Assembly: GCF_006345805.1 (NCBI RefSeq)
Contig: NC_042997.1
Coordinates: forward strand, 141,050,001-141,114,000
Direction of reading: 5' to 3'
From: Octopus sinensis
Lineage: Eukaryota
Length of the DNA: 64,000 nucleotides
Each line of letters begins with the position of its first letter. Position 1 is the first letter of the stretch. The notes under the pieces were generated by a model. The model was not told where the DNA came from. It saw only the letters and a list, made by a program, of their open reading frames with translations, and did not search any database. The translations under genes and the position numbers were made by a program. Of this stretch, positions 24,430-37,559 are shown piece after piece.

Positions 24430-24708
24430 AAGAGGAAGTGTGGCTATGAGGTAAAATGTTAGCTTCCCAATCACAGGATTCCTGGTTAGATCCAACTGCG
24501 TGGCACCTTAGGCAAGTGTCTTCTATAACCTTGAGCCGACCAAAGCCGTGTGAGTGTATTTGGTAGACGGAAACTGAAAGAAGCAAATCGTGTATATATA
24601 TATAAAAACCTGCGACTTATGGTATCTCTTTTGCCAAAGAGCTAAGTTACGGAGACGTATGCACATCAATACACACACACACACACACACAGTCATACAC
24701 ACACATAT

Positions 24709-24740
<32 letters not shown>

Positions 24741-24900
24741 TACATACATACATAACTTAGCGCTTCGGCAAAAGAGATACAATATGTCGCAGGTTTTTAT
24801 AAAATAAATACGGGAATCGATTGTTCGACTAAAATTATTTAAGGCGGTGACCCAGCATGGCCACAGTCTAATGAGTAAAACTAGTAAAAGATTAAGATAG
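24430..24900 (+). mobile_element. SINE family 1 copy with internal inverted duplication
   Basis: Normal head and tail; 24601-24650 is an inverted copy of 24752-24801. Confidence 0.85.
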
Positions 24901-24984
24901 ATGGTCACGTCAAGAACGCTACTAATCTTAGGTTAGTCCCATCATCCGTCCTCAGGTGATGTAACAACATCAGCAATGGGAACA

Positions 24985-25430
24985 GCAATATCTAAACATA
25001 CTTTCTACTCTAGGCAGAAGCTTGAAAGTTTGAAGAATGTAGCTCGTGGAATACATCGACTCCGGTGCTCGAGCAGCACGTTATTGTATCGATCTCGAAA
25101 GGATGAAAGCAAAGTCGCCACAACGGAATTTGAACTAAGTACGCACAGCCAGGTATGCAGCTAAGCATTTAATCCAGATGCTAAACATTTTGCGAGCTTA
25201 CCCACATATCAAATAATCCTTTCTGTTATGGGCACAAAACCTGAAATATGACAGTAGTAAGGTAGTCAATTTGATCGACCCCAGTGCTCAGTTGGTATTT
25301 ATTTCATCGACCCCGAAAGAATGAAAGGCAAAGCCAACCTTTGCAGAATTTGAACTCGAAGCATACAGCCGGAAGAAATGCGGCAAAGAATTTTGTTCGA
25401 TGTGCTAACGATTCTGTCAGTTCGCCGTCT
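24985..25430 (-). mobile_element. Two tandem SINE family 2 copies
   Basis: GAAAGGATGAAAGCAAAGTCG and GAAAGAATGAAAGGCAAAG cores. Confidence 0.75.
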
Positions 25431-25794
25431 TATCCAAACATCTAATAACGCTGACGCTAATGGCTCAATATATGCGACCGGGAGTCTTCCCTTTCTGTCA
25501 CCATACCTAAACTAAAACTCACATCGTCTCTGAAAACAGCTATGCTCTTTGTTGCTCTTAACTTGATCGCCTAAACTGAGTTTGATTATACTCTCTGGAT
25601 TCGCAGGGAGAGGCAGTGTTCATTATTTTGCTGTCTCTCTCTATATACCATTTCAACTGTTACAAGTCATCACCTACAGGTAAGACGTGAGGAGAGAAAA
25701 GAATTCAGAATGATGATGTTCTGGGGGAAGAAAGAACTAGGAAAAAATGCAAGTTGGATGGTAATGGTGCTTTTTTTTAGATCTTTCTCGAGTC

Positions 25795-26022
25795 ATACAG
25801 ACACATTGGACCGGTTTCCCGGTTTCTGTGTATATATTTTCCTCTGGACGGGAAGCCGGTCCGTCGCAGAATTACTCAGAATTTGTCAGCTGAGAGGACT
25901 GGAGTAAGTGAAATGAAATATTTTACTTAAGAACACAATGCGTCGTCCGGTCCAGGAATCGAAACCACTATCTTACTGTCATAACTCCGACACCCTAACT
26001 ACTAAGCCACGCGTCTCCACGC
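25795..26022 (-). mobile_element. SINE family 3 copy
   Basis: tRNA-like head, CORE-like middle, and the 3' CTGCGACGGACCGG..CCCGTCCAG..GAAACCGGGAAACCGG shared with 1373-1679. Confidence 0.8.
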
Positions 26023-26024
26023 AC

Positions 26025-26480
26025 CTGGGAGTATTAGTTGTGATAAGGACAATGAGAAGAGGTTAGACTAGTCGGTCAGAGATACCTCAGTGGTGGAGGT
26101 AAGAAACCGGTTAACTCTACGAAATAGAAGCCATTATTGTTGCCATAGAAAAGATAGTGAAACAACACGTTTGTTGACAAAAGGGCGAGGCATGTCTGTT
26201 TGTAGTCGAATACCTATCAGTTGAGTGACTCTTTCCTGAATCTGCTCCACGAAGTCTGTGTACGCCGTAGTATCGTCCCAGATGTAGAAGCAATAGTCTA
26301 TTGTGGGACCCACTTAGACTTTGTAAAGTGTTAACAATTATTAGGCACTGCATTATTGTTTGGCCTTGTTTAGGAACAGTTCTAGCTTTGTCAAGGACGT
26401 GCATTTGTCGAGGGTCAGCCTTGGAGCGACAATGAGAGCTTTAACTGACTGCCGCTGAAATTTAGTGGGATTGAGGTAGT
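26025..26480 (-). pseudogene. Old Jockey-like LINE RT C-terminal fragment
   Basis: LYKV*VGPTIDYCFYIWDD...EQIQERVTQLIG resembles the recalled pattern LYKAQVRP.MEYCSHIW...IQRRA.RLIG. Confidence 0.6.
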
Positions 26481-27090
26481 GTTTTCTTGTTAGGGCAATG
26501 TTTGAATTAGCAATTGAAAAGGACAGGAAAAGAGAAGGAGAGTAACGTCGGGTGAAGGAAAAGGAGAAAGCGATAGAGAGGAAACGATATAAAGAAAAGA
26601 GAAAGAAGAGAAAGGAGAAAGAGGGGAAAGAGAGGGGGAACTTTCATAGATTTATTTTTTATTCAGCAGGGTGATGGTATAATGTCGCGTTGCTCAACCG
26701 GCTGAAAATCTCTCTTGATCACACTCAAGCATTTTAAAATAACAAGTGTATTGAATAACAGCATTTTTAGTTATGAGGTCTAAGGCAGATTTTATCATAG
26801 GTTTCTTCGACTATGCGTCATGTGGAAATACAGTACGGTAGGAAAATGTTGCTCGAGCAAACGATGGGAGGTCTCAACCTATACATACATACACACACAC
26901 ACACTCTCTATCTCACACACACGCGCGAGCATATTTATATCTTAGAAGATGGTATTTCTACGAGTAAATTTAATAATCTTCGGGTTTCTTTCCTATGCTG
27001 TATATTACAAAATACTCTATTTACATAAATCTCCATAAGTAAAATATTATATTTTTGTATTCATAGAAACATTCAGAATTGTGAAGAAAC

Positions 27091-27095
<5 letters not shown>

Positions 27096-27176
<81 letters not shown>

Positions 27177-27199
27177 GATAGCCTAATTCAGTTGTTATG

Positions 27200-27248
<49 letters not shown>

Positions 27249-27250
27249 TT
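27096..27250. repeat. (TA)n tracts
   Basis: Direct reading. Confidence 0.95.
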
Positions 27251-28470
27251 ATATATAATGTTCTACAAATGTATTGATTATCATTACCGAAATAAGTGAC
27301 AATATCAGTGTACAGTATGTGTTCTGGCGTTTTAGTTAGCTCAGGAACTTAAGCCACAAGGTATACACACGATAGTTATTGTTACTTTACTTTGGTATAT
27401 GCCATATCTAGACTTTTAGCTCTTAATTTAAGGTGACTTCTCAAAGGAAAAAATAAATAAATAACACAGAATGACAGAAAGCAGAAATGTGACAAATATA
27501 TCTTCAGGCAGAATCAATAAAAAAGAAAAAAAGAAAAATAACAGGAATGGATATAAGTTTAGCACTATTGAATAGTCGAAAAATATTTCTCACCCAAGAC
27601 ATTTATAAGAATACAGCATACATCCATACGTCCATTTTATTTATTTATGCTTTTATTTATTTTGGTTGAAACTTTCATCAGATTTAGGCAGAAACTATTT
27701 AATTATGAGTAAATAGAAAAGATTGTAAAGGAAGAAGTTATAGTAGTTAAGGTTACATAGAAAAATTGTGAAAAAACATGTAAGGTTTTGCATTGCGAGT
27801 TGAATCGTTAAAACTACACTCAAGCACTGTACTTATTCTAACATCAACGACAAACTGGGCGCTAGCATACTTGATGCAATAAGCAATGGAATTCTATAGA
27901 ATTAAAATTACACCTAATGGTGTATTTTAATTAAAATTTCCAATAACAAGTATGTTAGTGCCCACTTTACCATTAATTTTTAATGCAGCAGGCGTTCATG
28001 ACTATTTTTTCCCTGTTATTTAAATTTCAACATTACTAACAGAACTAATAAAACAGCTTGTATTTATATGCATGGATATATTTGTAAATGTGTGAGTGTG
28101 TGTGCTCGCGCGTGTGTGTGTGTGTGTGTTGTTAAAATAGTTTATTATATTAAAGCAATTTTGAGAGTAATAGCAGAACATTTACTGATCGAGGGATTCT
28201 ATACTGAAACTACTTTCAAACTTATTATATAGATTAGGCTGACTGGGTTTCTAAATTTCGCCTATTGATTTGCCCAACTAAGTGTGTTTAAGCGTTTATA
28301 TGTGTGTGTGTTTATATACATATATAGATATCTGTAGATATGTATGTGAAGTAAGAAATTTTAAATAAGAATTTAACACAGGTTCAAAAGCTTCTCACAT
28401 TATAAAAGCTTAAAAGTAATTCGATTTTAAAAACGTATCAGCATCAAAATGTATGCACACGCAGAAAAAC

Positions 28471-28516
<46 letters not shown>

Positions 28517-28764
28517 CAAATTTAATAGACATATAAACTACACACAATCTTGCTACAATTCAAGTCATCGATGTTTAACAAATTAATTTTGTTTTCAGAT
28601 TCAGTATCCAGGTAACGCTGAAGACCTAAAATATTTCTAGAATGTTATCAGTTGGTCTAAAAAAAAAAATTAGCGCTCGTCTTTGGCTTATCATTTGAAT
28701 TCCTAGACATTTTATAGCATTTTCAATTTTTATACATTTATATCTTTGTCATTCATTCGGTTCT

Positions 28765-29150
28765 CATTGTGCCTTGTAGCACTTGAGGCGACAGCGAGAT
28801 CATTCTTCCTTCTAATACTGAAAGCGTCGCTTGTTCCATTGTTAACCCTTTGCTTTTAAGATATTTTGTTATTGTTCTCTGCCACGTTTCCTTTGGTCAG
28901 CCACGTCTTCTTTTACCTTGTGGAACCCATTTCAAAGCGATCCTGACAATTGAGTTCGGTTTATAGCGACAAACTCGACCCAGCCATTTCGATCTCCTTG
29001 CTTCAATAGTTTCTCTAATTGGTTTCACGTTAGCCTTGATGTGTAGCTCCACTGATTAATTCTGAATATAAACAACTTTCTTTGAGGTCCTTGTATTATT
29101 CAACTTTTTAAATGGTATAGCATTTATTCCTATAGTTTTGCATACAATAG
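28765..29150 (-). pseudogene. RTE-clade LINE 3' fragment
   Basis: IRETIEARRSKWLGRVCR...RIALKWVPQGKRRRG*PKETWQRT is a typical RTE C-terminus. Confidence 0.7.
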
Positions 29151-29794
29151 TAAAATTCGCGGTATCTTTGTACACCTAAATAGTAAGACGTTAAAATATT
29201 TATCAGGTGTTTTTTGTCACATATATATTTGAACTGATTTTAAAATCTGTTAAGTTCACAACACTGCTTAGCGCGCATAACATATTATGTATTTCAGCTG
29301 ATCGCAAGGCTCTGTACGTATTCTTTACTGATTTTCTATAAAGAAAGCTATAACTTCCAAATTCATCTCAAGGTTCTATCTTTTGTGTAATACGCGGTAC
29401 TGAGAATAGCCAAGGAGCTAAAATTGCATTTATCTGAATATCTGTATATAGAGAGAATTTATCAACGCTAAACAGTAATGCAACAGGGCTTTTTACAGGT
29501 TAAAAACACCAAAAACATATTTGAAGAAATTTAGAAATATATTCTTTAAATTTAAATTATTCAAATTGTTGAAGGAAGTGTTAAAATATGCAATACTTTT
29601 CTGAAGTTTAGCATGTTTCTTTTTACTGGCGTCCTCTGATTTCCGATAATAAACTGTTTATTTAATAAATGTCAGCCCTTTCATGAAGGAAAATTTCAAA
29701 GAAATATAAATGAGAACTTACGTAAATTGCGTGCGTGTGTGTGTGTGTGTGTCTCTGTATGTGTATGTGTTTGCATACACACACACACACACAT

Positions 29795-29827
<33 letters not shown>

Positions 29828-31459
29828 CATGTAAAATATAACACTTATGTATAAGCACATGCATGTACACACATACATACGTGTGATTTTGTGTCTGCGT
29901 GTGTACAACATCATTAGGCATCAAACTGGAATTGAAAGCATAAAAGGATGTAGAAAGGTGGCAGAGGAAGTCTATAGAGTAGAACTGGCGTCTGGGTGCA
30001 AGTAATTTAGTTCCACAGATAGATTTATTGTTTTGAACAATCGCTTTAATTCTATGCAAAAAAGATGTATGATCACACACGTCTATGAAGTGAAGTTACA
30101 AAGTGATTGTTTCTTTACTAATGAAAGCTACTGAAGTTAAATTAGTAGGCAGGCCTTCATATGAAATCTTTGTTGTTCTGGATTGTTGCATTTTCTATTT
30201 TAGAATTTTGATTATTCGCACAATATTAATATAGGAAACTGAATGAAAATATGAAAATCAAGATGTAATAAAAATGAAAAGAAATAATTGACTCGTTTCA
30301 CTTAATTGATGATAATTATATGCCGCTTATTTTAGACACACTAGATATCAAAGAAATTTTTACGAATGATATCTTTATTTATTGACTATTTTGTGCGCAA
30401 TTCAAATACGATCTTCAGCTATTATTTTGTCATTATAGTTTTGTATTTTACTCTTACTTTATATCTTTATTTTATGCCATTCGATTTATATGTATTGACG
30501 CACCTTGTTTGTCCATGGTATGTGTGCATATTAATTCGTTCATATTATTAAGTTATACTTTATATTGCTTGCAGATGAGAGAAAACTTTCTAGGGAACAC
30601 AGAGTGGAAACAGTATAAAAGAAATCGCACTTGGTTAAGTCCTGCAGCAATGAAATGTTTCCCTATCGACAACTTTTACGTTTTTTTCTGTTCCCGAGCA
30701 TATTTCCCGCTAATACTCTGATTGGTAATCGATTAGTAGCTGCTGATTGGGAGCTAACTGGATAAAATCCTATCAAAGCCAACAGCATGAACATGTTATA
30801 TTTACTTACAACAATACGGTTTCATACTTGATGCAGGAATATATGCCAGAAAGATTAATTGGGTTGTAAAAATTACAAAACGAGAAGTTACACTCTTGCG
30901 TTATGTGGACTAAAGTATTCCATGGAATGCAATAGATATCTATATGTTACAAACCTCATGTGCTGTTTAAATGTTAAGAGACTCCTTTAAAGGAAATTTA
31001 TGAATTTTCAGGATGATATATCACTCAAACAATTTTCCTTAGTTTCGGTTAAATATCGTTTAAACGTGAAAGTTGATTTCTTTAAGAGAAATCTAATTAG
31101 TCGTTAACCGCAACTCAAAGGTCTTTAGATATATACTTGATTGGAATATGTACATACATATATGTATGCGTACATGCATACATACAAACACACATACACA
31201 CAAACACACACATATCTACTCGAAGTAGATAAAGCTATAAATAATAGCACGTAGAATACTAAGATAAAAACTCCTCGGGCACGAAAAAGCTCATGGCTAC
31301 CTTTGGGACAAGGGATTTTAAAGCCCAATATGCTACATAGTAATATTTATAGTTTTTATCTATTTTGAATTACATTGTTAAAACGATACACGCACGCACG
31401 CACACACATATGCACACGCACACTCACACACATATATATACATATATATTATATATAAC

Positions 31460-31872
31460 CTTTTCTACTCTAGGCACAAATTTCTACTCTAGGCCCGAAA
31501 TTATGGGCGAGGGTGTCCGTCGATTAGATCTAACCCAGTACGCAACTGATACTTAATTTATCGACCCCGAAAGGATGAAAGGCAAAGTCGACCTTGGCGA
31601 AATTTGAACTCAGAACGTAGCGGCAAACAAAATACCAATTTCTTTACTACCCACAAGGGGCCAAACACAGAGAGGACAAACAAAAACAGACAAACGGATT
31701 AAGTCGATTACATCGACCCCAGTGCGTAACTGGTACTTAATTTATCGACCCCGAAAGGATGGAAAGCAAAGTCGACCTCGGCGGCAGAATTTGAACTCAG
31801 AACGTAACGGCAGACGAAATAACGCTAGGCATTTCGCCTGGCGTGCTACCGATTCTGTCAGCTCACCGCCTT
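31460..31872 (-). mobile_element. Dimeric SINE family 2 (full monomer plus headless monomer)
   Basis: Two cores at ~31555-31615 and ~31735-31800 joined at AAAGAAATTGGTATTTTG. Confidence 0.85.
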
Positions 31873-32421
31873 CCTATTATGGGGATGTTAAATAAACCAA
31901 CACTAGTTCATTATATATAATGAACAAGCGCAGTCTAACATTATGGTACAGGTATGATTATATATACTTATATCGCCTAATGTTACTGCATCATACAGAT
32001 CCGTCATTGAACTGTTCACAATTAATATATATATATATATAATGGTGAAATTATACAAAATGTATAAGTGGATGATGAGTAAAGCACCAGCACAGTTTCG
32101 ATTACCTGTTGTTATCCGTAGATTGCAGGAACTTCATAGTGGCGGTGGAGGTAAAGTATTAATAAAATAGATGGAGAAAAATATTTTATTAAGTATGACA
32201 CATGTTGCGAGGCGTTCTGCGTCTCTTCGGGTATATAAATGAATAAAAAAATAAAAAGTCTCACTAGAGATTCGATTTTAAGTATCGCTAAAATGTTCGT
32301 CAACTTGTATATATTTGGATTTTCATTCGCATACATAGGTAACCGTGAGCTATAAAGTAACTTTCGCAAGTTCGATAACTATAAAGCAACTTATCGCAAC
32401 TTCGATGTGGGAAAAATTTAC

Positions 32422-32488
32422 AAAGGCGGTGCTCCTGCATGGCCGCAGTCAAATGACTGAAACAAGTAAAAGAATAAAAAATAAAAGA
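32422..32488 (+). mobile_element. SINE family 1 3' tail only
   Basis: GGCGGTGCTCCTGCATGGCCGCAGTCAAATGACTGAAACAAGTAAAAG. Confidence 0.8.
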
Positions 32489-32755
32489 TTAACCTTCTAC
32501 GTCAATAAACTACTATCGTTCCTGAAAGTCGTTTTCCATACCTTCTGCAGACTGCCCAAAATCTACTAACTTCTTACTCCTGGATCCTTGGATATTATCT
32601 TTATATATCATTATATATATATATAATCAAAATAAGCAACAAGAATATTGCTTATTGTGATTATAATCACCCCATTTTGAATTATATGGATACCATACTA
32701 AATTCTGGTGCCTTTAACTTAAGTACCATATTCAACTGAATCTAAATTTTACTGA

Positions 32756-32975
32756 ACGTTTAACATTTAAACCGACCATATCAGCCCCGAATATTGTATC
32801 TATGTTATGTTCAAACTGGCCATATCCGGCCTCTTACACCGACCCTACAATCCCATTCTAAAAATAAACTATCATATAATCAGAATCTTAAAAGTAAGAG
32901 ATAATGCATGAGTACTTCAAAAAAATATGAATAAATAAGCTTTGCATTTGAAAGAGTAATCTGAATGCTAAAGGG
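32756..32975. mobile_element. Degenerate piggyBac-type MITE
   Basis: Right end GAATGCTAAAGGG|TCAA; left end is an eroded match (ACGTTTAACATTT). Confidence 0.4.
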
Positions 32976-33029
32976 TCAATGTCATCTTGTAGACAGTATG
33001 TCAATAAGTTTTATTGTATATTTTACAGG

Positions 33030-33400
33030 ATCAGAATGAGCACCAATTGATGCACACTGGGTGTGTATTTACTATCAAGCACGAAAATATTTGTAACGAG
33101 AGTTTGTTCTATTGCTTGGTGTGGAGAAAATATATTTTCCACCACCTTCATAAGACCTACGATAACGGTGGAGCTGATGTCGTAAAGAGTCCGCTTAGAC
33201 TGTTCCAATTTGTAAGCAGGGAGGACATTCCACAGGGTTTTACTCTCAATGGGTGGGGGGTGATTAGATGTAGTGATTAGAGCGGGAGCTGTGGAAGGGA
33301 TGGGTGGAGACAACATGGAAGAGAAGCGATTGAGTTGAGAATGCCTGAGTGATGGTAGGTCGAGACCAGCAACTGCTAAAGAGCCAAAGCCATTATAGTC
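33030..33400 (-). pseudogene. Old Jockey-like LINE 3' fragment
   Basis: SKTLWNVLPAYKLEQSKR resembles the recalled terminal motif RT..LWN.LP...Y.L..FK. Confidence 0.4.
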
Positions 33401-33410
33401 GGTGGAAAAG

Positions 33411-33458
<48 letters not shown>

Positions 33459-33607
33459 CTGACAGTGCAATTGGTCTGCCAGAGGCTGGCGTATGTGTGT
33501 GGCAGAAAAAGTTAGTCATCAAGCAGTGGAATTGGTTATATGCCCAACTAGTAAAGCTGTCTATCTAGTTATTTGTCGTTTTCTCTTTCTGTTTTATTTC
33601 TTTTCAC

Positions 33608-33813
<206 letters not shown>

Positions 33814-34774
33814 AATGCATATGCCTATCTATGAACAAGTGTGGGTAAAGATTATTGTGTCGGCTTTATTGAGTTATTCTCAAGGTTTATGATTTCTTTA
33901 TAAATCGTTTATAAATCGTTTTCAAGCAAATGCCCGTTACTTTCCTAATGTCTACCTTTAATTACACTATGTGTTAATTACTGCCAATGCGTTGTACATA
34001 CCTCAAATCTACTCGTGTTCAGAATCAATACTAAATCGTCTTGCCTGTATTTTGTCTAGCTATAAACATCTTCACTAAACTTTTACTTATCTAGCCAAGC
34101 ATCTCTTCTAATAAATTGGACAGCCCAATCTCTAGTAGATGATTAGAAAGTTTTAATCAAGACTTCAACTAAGTTTCAAATCAGATTTCCATTAGTTAGG
34201 TTTATTGTGAAAGCGGTAGAATTCTTATGAAGGAATTGATTATAAGCGTCTGCTCAAAAACTGATCTCACAAACAACAGATATATTATTTCACAAAACAT
34301 GTATTTTCTTCGATGAAAATATACTCTGTCATTCTTCTAAAGAATTGGTTGTCTGTAAACTGAATCTTGTTCCCACCACCACCACACACACACATCTCTC
34401 TCTTGCTCTCTTCTCTTCTATACTATTCTGCTGCATGCTTGTAATTCTGTTACATTTTCTTCAGAATAGAAATAGTAGTCACTGTAATCTATTTCCTTAG
34501 ATTAATCAACTCCAGAGTTCTTTATTGAGCGTTGAAATATTGATAATTTTTAAAGCAGTTGGAGGGTGGGATGGCCGCAGAAACCCATAAACTATAGAGC
34601 ACTGGACTGAATACCTTTGCACTTAGGGTTCAAACTTCACTGAAGTAAAATTTACTACATATTTTTTCCAGAAGTAAAAATATACAAGTCAAATAATTGA
34701 ATCGACTGTGCATTTCCGAGAAGAATTTTTAACAATATCCCAAAGGAAATAATTATTTCTAATTCGTGGCACAA

Positions 34775-34945
34775 AATTGGCAATTTTGAGGGAAGGGGCA
34801 AGACTATTGCATCGACTCCATTGTTCGATTACTGCTTATTTTATCGAACCAGAAAGTATGAAAGGCAAATTCGAGCTCGGCGGCATTTGAACTCGGAATC
34901 TGAAACCGGAAGGAATGCCGATAAGCATTTGTCCAGCGTAAATGT
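34775..34945 (-). mobile_element. SINE family 2 copy
   Basis: GAAAGTATGAAAGGCAAATTCGAGCTCGGCGGCATTTGAACTC. Confidence 0.75.
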
Positions 34946-35539
34946 TCCAATTAAATTATAACCGCATTATGGAATGGTGAAGGTACCACGGTAAAGTAAA
35001 TTGCTAGATTGAACACGCAATTTTCTTGATTGTGTGTTCAAATTTTCTTGAAGTTGACTGTCATTTTGGTGAAAAAGTAAATGTAATAGTAGCATACAAG
35101 TGTTTATATTTTGTGACAAAAATGTTTTTGTATCTAAGAAAATTATAAACATTAATTCTTCATTTGTGTGCGTGTGTGTGTTTGTATGTTTATATAAATA
35201 TATGTGTGTGTGTTTGTGTGTCTGTGTAGATTCAAACCAAATGCACATCCATTTATTTATTATTATTCAATGGTTAGGTTGCTAGATTATTGATTATTTG
35301 AGAGAAAGTGATGAATATTTATAGAACTAGCACATGGAACTGTATTGCTACTATAGAATATTTCTTAATCTTAATTTTTATGTTTACCATAATTTAGATT
35401 GTAACAATATTTTTTTTTTTTTTACGAAACTTCCAATCTGCTAGACAAGATAAAATAAAGGATTTTCGACAAGACTTCATATTTCAGTTGCTGATAATTA
35501 AGATGTTTTTTTGATTAAGGACCACTATTATGAGTAACA

Positions 35540-35920
35540 CAAAGGCGGCTACTGACTGAATCGTGAGCACGTCGGACAAAATGCTTAGTTGCATTTCGTC
35601 CGTTTTTATGTTCTGAATTCTAATTCCACCGAAGTCGGCTTTACTATTCATCCTTTCGGGGTCGATGAATCAAGTACCAGTTAAGCCTTGTGCCCATAGT
35701 AGAAGGGATTATTATGAGTGATAAAAGGTTGTGAGCTGGCGGAATCGTCAAGAGTGCTGGAATAAATTCCTTGCATATTTCTTTCAGTTTATCATGTTCT
35801 TAGTTCAATTTCCATCGCAGTCACTTTTACCTTCCATCCGGCTGGAGTCGATACAATAAAGCATTATTCAAATACAGAGGTTGATGGCATCGACTAATTT
35901 TCTCACCTATTGGCATTCTG
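35540..35920 (+). mobile_element. Two tandem SINE family 2 copies
   Basis: Cores at ~35630-35680 and ~35815-35870. Confidence 0.7.
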
Positions 35921-37559
35921 CCTTAATCAGAGGCAAATGTGACACACGATAAAAAATCTATATCATAAAAGGCATATATCTCTGTCCGTCCTTCCGTCAG
36001 TGCAATGCTAAGATCAAGATAATATTTGCATAATTTCATTTTGTTGTCAAGAGAGAATACGGGAAAGTTATGCCCATAACACTACCACATGGCAGTAAGA
36101 CCGGGAGACGGATTAAGTCCACCACCTCAAAAATAGTGATGGGATTTGAATTCAGAAAGCGAAGACACGGAACAAACACTGTAGAGAATATAGCTCGTCA
36201 TTCTTTCATTTCTGTCAATCCACTGCCCCACACTGATGCATTTTTATTGACCCGATTGGATAGAAAGTAAAAAAAAAAGACATTGATCTAGGTTGAAGTT
36301 GAGCCAAGTGAGTAGTGGGTCAGAACAAATATGGCATGAGATTCTCATCGATACTTTACTCACTATGCCAGATGTGCAGCCTGTAAAAGTGGAATCAAAA
36401 CCAAAAAAAAAAGTGAATTTATTTAATTTATTCATTGAATTCCTATATACAACGTGATGAAAAATGAAGATTGTGTTTTACTTTTGGTCAACTTTATCTT
36501 TTCCTCGTTTGTCACCGAAAATAAAACGTTTATCAATATTTCACTCTCAAATGATTAACTGTGTGATGAAAACAAAAGGGTAAGGAAGAAAACAAGGGAG
36601 ATTGGGAAAAGAAAGTGAAAAATGATAGCAACAACAGATTTACTAAAGCGTTCAGAGTTACTCGTGTTGTAAACGTATTTCGATTTATTAAATGCAGTTT
36701 CTTCTTTCACTTGAGACTGGTTATTTTTGAAGTGTATAAACTATTTTACAAAGACCTCCAGTCATCAAAGCAGTCCGTTCTGTTGTCTTAAGGTAAATGC
36801 AATATATTCCTCTTAGACATTGATTGGTGTAAAACAACTGGAAAATTTTAAGCAATCATGAAGTTTATCACTGAAACTTATCATTTACGACTTTGTTTGC
36901 GAATGAGGAAGTTTTGCTTAAGATATTTCACTGAAATAATGTTACGTTAACGTTGTGGACAAAATTATAATAAAATACACCATTTGACGTTCGTCGTCTA
37001 CATCATGTATTACTAACATACACTCATTTGGAAATTAGAGAGTTATTATGTGCTAACACGACCCGCAAGGAATTGCAAAGAAGTCTCCTTTAAATCAGCT
37101 ACAATTACATCGTAATGATGAAATGAGATTCTCTTAAATATTTGTTTACTTATAAGAATAATGAAATAAAATAACAGAAAAAGTAATTTTTGTTCCATGT
37201 ATGATACCAAAAACATCTATTTATTATGCATGTAATATTTGATAATTACATTTTAAAATATGTCAAATTGTGCAATAACGTAATAAGAAAATAATCAATA
37301 TTCATTTTGTTACAGAAAACGTTTGTAGAAAATTATATTTTTGAAACACCAATATATTATTTATGAAATAAAATAACTTAAAAATCTATTGGTGTGATGT
37401 GCGATCAGAACATGTAAGGCAAGGGCTTACTTAGATTTCATAGTTTTTCCGTTCTTCTCTATTGCAATTTTAGCTTGTTCAAGCATATTTTATTCGTCGA
37501 ATAATCAAATCCGAATGAGGTAAGTTAAATATCTTGTAGATAAGCAACAAGAATACAGC

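Noticed and set aside
30560-30640. Possible plus-strand exon after TTGCAG
   Set aside because: No convincing donor and no recognisable protein.
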